Position numbers and translations under genes: made by a program. The notes below the pieces were generated by a model. It searched no databases. It worked only from the letters and a program-made list of their open reading frames with translations, and was not told the DNA's origin. 64,000 bases of DNA from Alphaproteobacteria bacterium (GTDB taxonomy: Bacteria > Pseudomonadota > Alphaproteobacteria > SHVV01): positions 2,016,001-2,080,000 of the forward strand of contig OZ253470.1 in the NCBI GenBank assembly GCA_965261735.1, read 5' to 3'. This document shows, piece after piece, positions 49,438-58,025 of the stretch (position 1 is the stretch's first letter; each line of letters opens with the position of its first letter).

Positions 49438-49675
49438 GTGGCCGCACCCACCTATTCCACCATCGATCGGCGCATCGACGGACGCATCGCGCGGGTCACG
49501 ATCGCCAACCCGGCCGAGCTCAACACCCTGCGACGCCGCTCACCCGCCGCCCTCGATAGGGTCGCGCATGAGTTCGGCGCCGATCCCGAGCTACGCGCCT
49601 AGGTTCTTGCCGGCGCCGCGAGCACGCCTTCATCGGCGGCGCCGACGTGCGCGAGATGGCGAAACTCTCGGCGCG
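49438..49675 (+). pseudogene. Enoyl-CoA hydratase N-terminal remnant
   Basis: GRIARVTIANPAELNTL...DPELRA*VLAG...AFIGGADVREM with internal TAG 49600-49602 and a frameshift. Confidence 0.7.
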
Positions 49676-49848
49676 AACCGGAGTCCTATCGCGGCGACGA
49701 GCCCCATCGGCTGATGACCGCCGTCCCGGCCCGGCGGCGCCGAAAACGCACGCGTAGCGGTTGAATGACCGGTTCCAAACAGAGGCTTTCTTGGCTACAG
49801 TGTCGCGCATGAGCCCGGGCCAGCCGGGGCACGAGGGAGGGGACAATC

Positions 49849-50342
49849 ATGACGCAGGATATCAAGCAGGCGGTAACGTTCGACGCCAAGCCGGTCGTCA
49901 TCTTCGAGACGCTGATGGACACGAAGAAGCACGCCGCCTTCAGTGGCGCGCCGGCCAAGATCGACCGCAAGGTCGGCGGCAGCTTCACCTGCTACGGCGG
50001 CTACGGCGGCTACATCAACGGGGTCAACATCGAGGTCGTCAAGAACAAGTCCATCATACAGGCTTGGCGCGCCAAGAACTGGCCCAAGGGCGCATAGTCC
50101 GTGATCAACTACAAGCTGGCATCGGCCAAGGGTGGCAAGACCAAGCTCAGTTTCTCGCGCATGTCGGCGTACCCGACAAACAAGCGCCTCATATCGCCGA
50201 GGGGTGGAAGAAGTCGTACTGGGATCCGATCAAGGCGATGATCAAGGCGAGTGCGGCCAAGCCCAAGAAGAAGGCGCCCGCAAAGGCGCGCAAGAGCCCG
50301 GCCCGCAAAACCAAGGCAAAGGCGAGAGCCAGGGCCGCTTAG
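49849..50342 (+). pseudogene. SRPBCC/AHA1-domain protein with Lys/Ala-rich tail; internal stop and frameshift
   Basis: KVGGSF...IIQAWR...WP, TAG 50095-50097, then HVGVP...GWKKSYWDPIK in another frame; 9-bp duplication (YGGYGG). Confidence 0.8.
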
Positions 50343-50463
50343 GTAGTGCGGCCAGCACGCCTCCCTCAGGCCCCCCGGCTCGGTGGGCCGGCGCCGGAAT
50401 AACCTGCTGGCACCGCGCTGGCTCGCGGCCGCCGGCGGCGTTGCCGCATCGGCGAGGCCCGCG

Positions 50464-50491
50464 AAAAAAAAGCCCGGCACTGCCGGGCTTT
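50464..50491 (-). terminator. Rho-independent terminator
   Basis: GCCCGGC-N3-GCCGGGC hairpin followed by 8 T on the minus strand. Confidence 0.8.
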
Positions 50492-50578
50492 GAGTTTAGG
50501 AAGGTATACCGAGAGAGGGTATGGAGGTGACCATACGCATGCCGGCCTCTGTCGGCTGTGACATTAATCACAGCCGAT
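50464..50578 (-). ncRNA. Candidate small RNA with CU-rich anti-SD motifs
   Basis: Three hairpins, CACCTCC/CCCTCTCTC/CCTTCC tracts and an orphan terminator. Confidence 0.5.
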
Positions 50579-50627
50579 GCCAATTCTCTCCGGCGGTCGC
50601 GGCCGAGCGGTAACGCGCCCGAGAATC

Positions 50628-51680
50628 ATGACACCCGTATTCGAACGGCGGATCGATCACCCCGGTGCGTGGAGGGCGAGCGACTTCGCGAGCAAGGACG
50701 ATCTCGCCATTGACCTCGAGCCGCGCCACCGGCGGGCGCTCGAGGAGGCCCTGCAGCGGACGCTCGAACGCGGGCTCGGCATCGACGAGCTCGACGCGGT
50801 GCGCTTCCCGCTTGCCGACATCGCCGAGGATGTCGCCGCGATCTTGGCCGACGTTCAGCGCGGACGCGGCCTCGCCCTCCTGCGCGGCTTTCCGATCGAG
50901 GGTTATAGCGAGGACGAGATCGGCCTCATGTATTTCGGGCTGGGCTGCCATTTCGGCGCCGCGGTATCGCAGAGCGTGATGGGCGACCGCCTCGGACGCG
51001 TCACCGACATGTCCTGGGACGACCCCAACGAGCGCGCCTACCGCAACCGGATGGCGCTACCGCTGCATACCGATATCAACGAGATCATCGCCATGCTCAG
51101 CCTGCGTACGGCGAAGGTGGGCGGCGCGAGCCAATACGCGAGTGCGCTCGCCGTGCACAACGAGATGCTGGCCCGCCGCCGCGATCTGCTGCCGCATTTG
51201 TACGAGGGCTTTCCCTATCACCGGCGCGGCGAAGAGGGTCCGGGCCAGGCCCCGGTCACACCTTACGATGTGCCGCTGTTCTCGCAGCGCGACGGCTTCG
51301 TGAGCTGTCGCTACATCGACAGCTACATGGAGGCGGCGGCCAAGGAGCTCGGCGTCCCCATGCCGGCACCGCTCCTCGAGGCGGTCGCCTATTTCGCCGA
51401 CACCGCGCAGCGCGATGACTTCAGGCTCGACTTCGTCATCGAGCCAGGCGAACTGGTCATGCAGAACAACTTCGTCGTCCTGCACGGCCGCAGCGCCTTC
51501 GAGGACGACCCCGCGGCGCGCCGCGTCCTGCTGCGCCTGTGGCTCGACGTCACCGATGGCCGCCCGGTCGTACCCGAGGTCGCGATCTATGAGGGCGACT
51601 CGATTGCGCGCCAGGAGGGACGGCGACCGATCTACGCGGGCGACGCCTTCGAAGACACCAACTTCCCGCCGGCCCGCTAG
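50628..51680 (+). CDS. TauD/TfdA-family Fe(II)/2-oxoglutarate dioxygenase
   Basis: GRGLALLRG, LHTD, NNFVVLHGRSAF, RVLLRLWL. Confidence 0.9.
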   Translation: MTPVFERRIDHPGAWRASDFASKDDLAIDLEPRHRRALEEALQRTLERGLGIDELDAVRFPLADIAEDVAAILADVQRGRGLALLRGFPIEGYSEDEIGLMYFGLGCHFGAAVSQSVMGDRLGRVTDMSWDDPNERAYRNRMALPLHTDINEIIAMLSLRTAKVGGASQYASALAVHNEMLARRRDLLPHLYEGFPYHRRGEEGPGQAPVTPYDVPLFSQRDGFVSCRYIDSYMEAAAKELGVPMPAPLLEAVAYFADTAQRDDFRLDFVIEPGELVMQNNFVVLHGRSAFEDDPAARRVLLRLWLDVTDGRPVVPEVAIYEGDSIARQEGRRPIYAGDAFEDTNFPPAR

Positions 51681-52648
51681 GGCGCTCGCGCCGGCCGTGG
51701 CAGCAGCCCGTGCTTTCTCAAGGCATGGCGTAACTGACCGTAGCTGAGCCCGAGACGTTCGGCGGCGGCACGCTGGTTGAAACGGTGTGCCTCGAGGGCC
51801 TCGGTCAAAAGCCGCACCTCGAAGCCGGCGACTGCGCCGCGGAAGTCCGCAGGCCCCGGCGCATGGGCGTGCGGTGTCGCGCTTGGCGGCGGGGCGGCCG
51901 CCGGCGGCGCTTGCGATCCGGGCCCGCGGTAGGGTGAGTCGAAGGGGTCGAAAACGACGGCGCCGATGCGCGTGTTCGGCCGCGGGCAGCTGTAGACGGC
52001 ACGCTCAACCACGTTCTTGAGCTCGCGTACGTTGCCCGGCCAATCGTGGCCGGCGAGCGCGTCGTACGCCGCGGCCGTGAATCCGGGAAAGACGCCCCAC
52101 CCGAGCTCGTACGCCATGGCGCGCCCGAAGTGCTCGGCCAACAGCGCCACGTCGCCGGCGCGTGCCCGTAGCGGGGGCAGCGTAATGACGTCGAAGCTCA
52201 GTCGGTCGAGCAGATCGTAGCGGAACCGGCCCTCATCCGCCAGGGCCGGCAGGTCGAAGTGGGTCGCGCCGACGACGCGTACGTCGACGGCCACCGTCGC
52301 GTTGCCGCCGATGCGCTCGAACTCGCCGTACTCGACGGCGCGTAGGATCTTCTCCTGGACCGCGGGGCTCGAGCCGGCGATCTCATCGAGGAACAGGGTC
52401 CCGGAATCGGCGAGCTCGAAGCGGCCGAGGCGCCGCCGGGCCGCGCCGGTGAAGGCACCGGCCTCATGGCCGAACAGTTCGCTCTCGAGCAGGGACTCCG
52501 CCAGGGCCGCGCAGTTGAGCTTGATGAACGGCGTGTCCCACCGCGCCGACAGGTAGTGGAGCCGCGCCGCCACCAGCTCCTTGCCGGTACCGCGCTCCCC
52601 GATCACCAACAGCGGCCGATCGAGCGGGGCGGCGCGGCTGACCTGCTC
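51677..52648 (-). pseudogene. pspF: Phage shock sigma-54 activator PspF lacking its 5' end
   Basis: GERGTGKE, GAFTGA, LFLDE, WPGNVREL, HTH; homology begins at EQVSRAAPLDRP with no start codon or RBS. Confidence 0.85.
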
Positions 52649-52667
52649 GGAATGAGGAGAGAACGGG

Positions 52668-52877
52668 ATGACCACGATGAGTATCTCGGTAGAGGTTCCG
52701 GCGCGCGGCCATCGCCCGGCGCGCGTGCTGGCGGCCGTGCGAAGCCGGCTGCGGGCGTGGCGGATTCGTGCTCGCGATGCCCGAGCGCTCGCGCGCTGGC
52801 ACGAGCGCGAGCTGCGCGACATCGGTCTCTCGCGCGTGGACGCGGACGAGGCGGACCGACTCTTCCTCCGCAACTGA
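52668..52877 (+). CDS. DUF1127 small protein
   Basis: RAWRIRARDARALARWHERELRDIGLSR; RBS GAGGAGA. Confidence 0.85.
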   Translation: MTTMSISVEVPARGHRPARVLAAVRSRLRAWRIRARDARALARWHERELRDIGLSRVDADEADRLFLRN

Positions 52878-52910
52878 ATGAGGTGAGGGACCGAACAGGA
52901 AGGACGCCCG

Positions 52911-53030
52911 ATGATGAAGACTGAAGATTATTCGTTTGACGATACGCGCGGCGCGAGACCCGGCGCTTGGCAGCGCCTCGGCCGGCAGCTCGCCCGCTAC
53001 CTCGGCAGCCGAGGCGCCCTCCTCGGCTGA
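52911..53030 (+). CDS. 39-aa small ORF in the psp operon
   Basis: RBS GGAAGGA, MMKTEDYSFDDTRGARPGAWQRLGRQLARYLGSRGALLG; sits between DUF1127 and pspA. Confidence 0.5.
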   Translation: MMKTEDYSFDDTRGARPGAWQRLGRQLARYLGSRGALLG

Positions 53031-53060
53031 CCGGCTTTTCAGGTATAACGGAGATCACCC

Positions 53061-53744
53061 ATGGGCATCTTTTCGCGACTGACCGACATCATCAACTCCA
53101 ACCTCAACGCGCTGCTCGATCGCGCCGAGGAGCCGGAGAAGTTGATTCGGCTCATCATCCAGGAGATGGAGGACACGCTCGTCGAGGTGCGCAGCACGGC
53201 CGCGCGTACCATCGCCGAGAAGAAGAACGTCAAGCGCGCGCTCGAGCGTATCGATGCGGCACAGGCCGAGTGGCAGCGCAAGGCGGAGCTCGCGATCGCC
53301 AAGAACCGTGAGGATCTGGCGAAGGGCGCGCTCGTCGAGAAGGCCCGGCTCGGCGCATCGGCGAATGCGATGGCCGAGGAGTTCGCCTACCTCGACGAGG
53401 GTCTCGCGCGCAGCGACGAGGACGTCGGCAAGCTCGAGGCCAAGCTCATCGAGGCCAAGGCCAAGCAGAAGACCTTGCGCGCGCGCCATGCCACCATCGG
53501 CGCCCGCCTCAAGGTGCGCCGCCGCCTGCACGATGCCCGCGTCGAGGACGCCTTCACGCGCTTCGAGCAGATCGAGAAGCGCCTCGATACGGCCGAGGGT
53601 GAGGTCGAGGCCTACGACCTCGGCCAACGCAAGACGCTGGCCGACGAGATCGACGACCTCGAATCCGAAAGCGCCATCGAGAAGGAGCTGTCCGATCTCA
53701 AGACGCGGGTCGCCGGCGGCCGCGGCGGCGCCAGCGAGTGCTAG
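53061..53744 (+). CDS. pspA: Phage shock protein A
   Basis: MGIFSRLTDIINSN...AEEPEKLIRLIIQEMEDTLVEVR. Confidence 0.96.
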   Translation: MGIFSRLTDIINSNLNALLDRAEEPEKLIRLIIQEMEDTLVEVRSTAARTIAEKKNVKRALERIDAAQAEWQRKAELAIAKNREDLAKGALVEKARLGASANAMAEEFAYLDEGLARSDEDVGKLEAKLIEAKAKQKTLRARHATIGARLKVRRRLHDARVEDAFTRFEQIEKRLDTAEGEVEAYDLGQRKTLADEIDDLESESAIEKELSDLKTRVAGGRGGASEC

Positions 53745-53752
53745 ACTGAGCC

Positions 53753-53983
53753 ATGCTCGACGACAACATCTACGTGCTGCTGATCCTGTTTCTCACGGTC
53801 GTCGCACCGATCTGGATCATCGCCCATTACCTCACCCGCTGGCGCACCGCCAAGACACTCTCGGGCGAGGACGAAAAGATGCTCCAGGAGATGTGGGAGA
53901 GCGCCGCCAAGATCGAGGAGCGGCTCGGTAATCTCGAGCACATCCTCGATGCCGAGGCGCCGGATTGGCGCGACCGGCCATGA
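53753..53983 (+). CDS. pspB: Phage shock protein B
   Basis: FLTVVAPIWIIAHY...LEHILDAEAPDWR. Confidence 0.93.
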   Translation: MLDDNIYVLLILFLTVVAPIWIIAHYLTRWRTAKTLSGEDEKMLQEMWESAAKIEERLGNLEHILDAEAPDWRDRP

Positions 53984-54366
53984 CGGCGCGCCCGAGCCCG
54001 AGCCGCCTCTACCGCAACCGGCGCAAAGGCAAGATCATGGGCGTCTGCGCCGGCATCGCGGACTATTTCGGGGTGAGCCCGCTGCCGCTGCGCATCGCCG
54101 CCATTCTAGGGCTCGTCTTCGCCACCTTCCCGACGCTCGTCATCTACTTCGTCGCCGCGTGGGTCCTGAACGATACGCCCGAGGACCTGTTCGCCTCGGA
54201 GGAGGAGGCGCGGTTCTGGAAGTCGGTACGGACCGAGCCGAGCGGCACGGCCCGCGCCTTGCGCCACAAGTTCAGGGGGCTCGAGCAGCGCCTGCGCGCC
54301 GTCGAGGCCCAAGTCACGTCGAGCGAGTTCGCGCTCAACCGAAAATTCCGCGACATCGACCCGTAG
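53980..54366 (+). CDS. pspC: Phage shock protein C
   Basis: RLYRN...KIMGVCAGIADYF, LRAVEAQVTS. Confidence 0.93.
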   Translation: MTARPSPSRLYRNRRKGKIMGVCAGIADYFGVSPLPLRIAAILGLVFATFPTLVIYFVAAWVLNDTPEDLFASEEEARFWKSVRTEPSGTARALRHKFRGLEQRLRAVEAQVTSSEFALNRKFRDIDP

Positions 54367-54438
54367 GCGCGCCGGCGCGTCGCCCGTGCTAGCGTTTCGG
54401 TCGCGACCGCCGCGATCAGCGATTATCCTTGCCCCGTC

Positions 54439-56217
54439 ATGACGCCAGACCAGGCCATCGCCTTCGCCGTCCTCGCCGGGGCCCTCGTTCTCTTTATCTG
54501 GGGCCGCTGGCGCTACGACGTCGTCGCCCTGCTCGCCTTGCTTGCCGTCGTGCTCAGCGACCTCGTTCCAGCGCGCGATGGGTTTCTCGGCTTTGCCCAT
54601 CCAGCCGTCATCACGGTGGCGGCGGTTCTCGTCATTAGCCGCGCCTTGCGCAACGCCGGCATCGTTGACTTCGCCGTCCAACTCCTCACGCCGCTGCGCG
54701 GGCGCGAGGTCACCCAGCTCGTCGCCCAGAACTCGAGCGTCGCCTTGCTGTCGGGATTCATGAACAATGTCGACGCCATGGCATTGATGCTGCCCGTGGC
54801 CCTGCGCAACGCCTATCGCGAGGGCTATGCGCCGGCCAAGGCACTGATGCCGCTGGCCTTCGCATCGCTGCTCGGTGGCCTAGTGACACTGGTCGGTACG
54901 CCGCCCAACATCATCATCGCCGCCTTTCGCGGCGAGCATTCGGGCACGCCCTTCGCGATGTTCGACTTCGCGCCCGTCGGGCTGCCGGTGGCGATCATCG
55001 GGGTCGCGTTCATCAGCATCATCGGCTGGCGCCTCATCCCGCGCGAGCGGCGCGGCCAAAGCGATCCCGAGCAGCTGTTTCAGATCGAGGAATATGTCGC
55101 CGAGGCGCGGATCGACGAGGGCTCGGACTACGCCGGCAAATCGGTTCAGGAGCTCGAGGCCCAGGCCGAGTACGAGGTGACCGTGGCCGGCGTCATCCGC
55201 GGCGAGCGCCGGCTGCTGATTCCCTCGGGCTACGAGCGTCTCGGCATCGGGGACATCCTCATTCTCGAAGGCGACCCGACGGCGCTCAAGGCACTCATCG
55301 ACACCGCCTCCCTGCAGCTCGTGGGCGGCGACAAGCCGGTGGCCCAAGACCTGCGATCCGATGAAGTCGGCGTGGTCGAGGCCGTCGTCAATCCGGGCTC
55401 GCCGCTCATCGGCGGCTCACCGCGCTCGCTGCGGCTCCGCACCATCCACGGCATCAATCTCTTGGCCATCGCACGCTACGGCAAGCCGGTGCGCAGGCGG
55501 CTGCGCGAGGCCCGCTTTCAAACCGGCGACGTGCTCTTGCTTCAGGGCGTAAGCGCGAAAATAGCCGACACCTTGCAGGCGCTCGGTTGCCTGCCGCTCG
55601 CCGAGCGCGGCCTGCAGATCGGTCGGCCACAGCGGCTAACGCTCGCCACTGGCATCTTCGGCCTCGCCATCGCGGCCACCCTAATCGGCCTGGTGCCCGT
55701 TTACATCGCCTTCATGAGTGCGGTCGCGCTGCTGGTGCTGCTCGAGATCGTCTCGCCGGCCGAGGTCTATGACAGTATCGAATGGCCCGTCATTGTGCTG
55801 CTCGGGGCGATGATCCCGGTTGGCGCCGCGCTCGAGGCCACAGGCGGCGCGGCGCTCGTGGCCGATGGCATCGTCACCATAACGGCGGGGCTGGCGCCCG
55901 CCTGGGTCCTGCTGATCCTGTTCGTCGGCACCATGTTCATCTCCGACGTCATCAACAACAACGCCACGGCCGTCCTGATGGCGCCCATCGCCATAGGGGT
56001 CAGCGAGCAGCTCGGCGTCAGCGCCGATCCGTTTCTGATGGGCACCGCGCTCGGCGCGTCGTGCGCCTTCCTGACGCCGATCGGGCATCAATCGAACACC
56101 CTCGTCATGGCCCCGGGCGGCTACCGGTTCGGCGACTACTGGCGCCTCGGGTTGCCCGTCGAAGTCCTGATCACCGCCGTCGGCGTCCCCATGATCCTGC
56201 TCGTGTGGCCGTTTTGA
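54439..56217 (+). CDS. SLC13/DASS permease with TrkA-C domains
   Basis: RYDVVAL, GFAHPA, TLVGTPPNI, FLTPIGHQSN, GGYRFGDY. Confidence 0.92.
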   Translation: MTPDQAIAFAVLAGALVLFIWGRWRYDVVALLALLAVVLSDLVPARDGFLGFAHPAVITVAAVLVISRALRNAGIVDFAVQLLTPLRGREVTQLVAQNSSVALLSGFMNNVDAMALMLPVALRNAYREGYAPAKALMPLAFASLLGGLVTLVGTPPNIIIAAFRGEHSGTPFAMFDFAPVGLPVAIIGVAFISIIGWRLIPRERRGQSDPEQLFQIEEYVAEARIDEGSDYAGKSVQELEAQAEYEVTVAGVIRGERRLLIPSGYERLGIGDILILEGDPTALKALIDTASLQLVGGDKPVAQDLRSDEVGVVEAVVNPGSPLIGGSPRSLRLRTIHGINLLAIARYGKPVRRRLREARFQTGDVLLLQGVSAKIADTLQALGCLPLAERGLQIGRPQRLTLATGIFGLAIAATLIGLVPVYIAFMSAVALLVLLEIVSPAEVYDSIEWPVIVLLGAMIPVGAALEATGGAALVADGIVTITAGLAPAWVLLILFVGTMFISDVINNNATAVLMAPIAIGVSEQLGVSADPFLMGTALGASCAFLTPIGHQSNTLVMAPGGYRFGDYWRLGLPVEVLITAVGVPMILLVWPF

Positions 56218-56283
56218 GATTCGATGTGCCTACCGCTCACCCACCGCGCGCGCTCTAATGACGCCCAACCGAGGGTCACGCCC

Positions 56284-56797
56284 ATGACCTGGCGCTTGCT
56301 GCGCCCCATCCTGATTTTCCCCGGCACGGTGCTCGTCGTTGTGCCGGGGATCCTCGTTTGGCTCGCGGCCGGGACTACTTTCTCGGCCCAGCCGGCCCGG
56401 CCTGGAGGGCTCGTATTCTGGCTCGCGCTTGCGGCCGGTGCCGTTGGGCTCGTTCTCAAGGTCAGCACGGTGGCGCTGTTCGTCGCTACCGGAAGGGGTA
56501 CACCGGCGCCGTGGGATCCGCCCCTGAACCTTGTCGTGCGCGGCCCCTACCGCTACGTGCGCAACCCTATGATCAGCGGCGGCGTCCTGTTCCTGCTCGC
56601 CGAATCACTTATGCTGCGCTCGTGGCCGGTTGCGGCCTGGATGGGCTTTTTTTCTGGCCGTCAAAGCCATCTACTTCCCGCTCAGCGAGGAGCCCGGACT
56701 CGAGCGCCGGTTCGGCAACCCCTACCGCCGCTACAAGGCCAAAGTGCCGCGCTGGATACCGAGGCTCACGCCCTGGGACGAACCAACCCATGAATAA
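56284..56797 (+). pseudogene. Isoprenylcysteine carboxylmethyltransferase-family protein, frameshift in a T7 tract
   Basis: GTPAPWDPP...GPYRYVRNPM; removing one T at 56647-56653 restores EEPGLERRFG...VPRWIP to TAA 56797. Confidence 0.85.
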
Positions 56798-58007
56798 GTT
56801 ACTTGCCGGACTTCGCGTCATCGAGGGCTCCGCCTTCGTCGCCGCACCGTCGGCGGGCATGACGCTGGCGCAGCTCGGCGCCGACGTCATCCGCTTCGAT
56901 CCCATCGGCGGCGGGGTCGACTATCGGCGCTGGCCGGTGACGGACGCCGGCCACAGCCTTTATTGGGCCGGCCTCAACAAGGGCAAGCGCTCGATCGCCG
57001 TCGACATCAGGCGCCCGCAGGGGCGCGATCTCGTGGCCCGGATGATCGGCGCGCCCGGGGCCGACGCCGGCATCTTCCTCACCAACTTCCCGGCCACCGG
57101 CTGGCTCGCCTACGAGGCGCTGCGGGCGCAACGCGCCGATCTCATCATGCTCGCGATCTCCGGCAACCGCGACGGCTCCTCGGCCGTCGATTACACCGTC
57201 AACTGCGCCACCGGCCTGCCCTACCTCACGGGCCCCAAGGGACACGAGGCGCCCGTCAACAACGTCCTGCCGGCCTGGGATCTGATGTGCGGGCTCGCGG
57301 CCGTGAACGGCCTGCTCGCGGCCGAGCGCCACCGCCGGCTCACCGGCGAGGGCCAGCTCGTGACGCTGGCGCTCTCGGACATCGCCTTCGCGACCATGGG
57401 CAACCTAGGCTACTTCGCCGAGGTCGAGATCAACGGCGCCCGACGCGAACGCTCCGGCAACGAGCTCTACGGCGCCCTGGGTCGCGATTTCGAGACCGCG
57501 GACGGGTGCCGTGTCATGATCGTGGCGATCACCAAGCGCCAGTGGGAGGCGTTGGTCAAGGCGACCGGCTTGGGCGAGGCCTTCGCGCGCGTCGCCGCCT
57601 CACTCGGCCTCGACCTCGCCCGCGAGGGCGACCGCTACCGGGCCACGGCCGAGATCGCGGCCGTGCTCGAGCCCTGGTGCCGCGCGCGCACGCTGGCCGA
57701 GATCACCACCATCTTCGAGGCCGCCGGCGTGCTGTGGGGACCCTACCGGCGCGTCGCCGAGACCCTGGCCGAGGATGCCCGCGTCTCGCCCGACAATCCC
57801 CTGTTCGCACGCGTCGAGCATCCCGGCATCGGCGCCACGCTGACACCGGGCTCGCCCCTCGACTTCGGCGCGGCGCCACGCCACCCGGCGCAACCGGCGC
57901 CGGCGCTCGGCCAGCACACCGACGAGGTTCTGGCCGGCGTGCTCGGCCTCGGCGGGGGCGAGATCGCGGCGCTGCACGACGGCGGCGTCGTCGCCGGATC
58001 GGGCTAG
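56790..58007 (+). CDS. mct: Class III CoA transferase, mesaconyl-CoA C1-C4 transferase (Mct)-like
   Basis: EGSAFVAAPSAGMTLAQLGADVIRFDPIGGGVDYRRWP, WAGLNKGKRS, AVDYTVN, LPAWD. Confidence 0.8.
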   Translation: MNKLLAGLRVIEGSAFVAAPSAGMTLAQLGADVIRFDPIGGGVDYRRWPVTDAGHSLYWAGLNKGKRSIAVDIRRPQGRDLVARMIGAPGADAGIFLTNFPATGWLAYEALRAQRADLIMLAISGNRDGSSAVDYTVNCATGLPYLTGPKGHEAPVNNVLPAWDLMCGLAAVNGLLAAERHRRLTGEGQLVTLALSDIAFATMGNLGYFAEVEINGARRERSGNELYGALGRDFETADGCRVMIVAITKRQWEALVKATGLGEAFARVAASLGLDLAREGDRYRATAEIAAVLEPWCRARTLAEITTIFEAAGVLWGPYRRVAETLAEDARVSPDNPLFARVEHPGIGATLTPGSPLDFGAAPRHPAQPAPALGQHTDEVLAGVLGLGGGEIAALHDGGVVAGSG

Positions 58008-58025
58008 GCGGGGATCGGGGTCGAT

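Noticed and set aside
52967-52982. Sigma-54 promoter TTGGCA...GC before pspA
   Set aside because: Has GG-N10-GC but lacks the TTGC -12 element, lies within a small ORF, and is likely chance at this GC content
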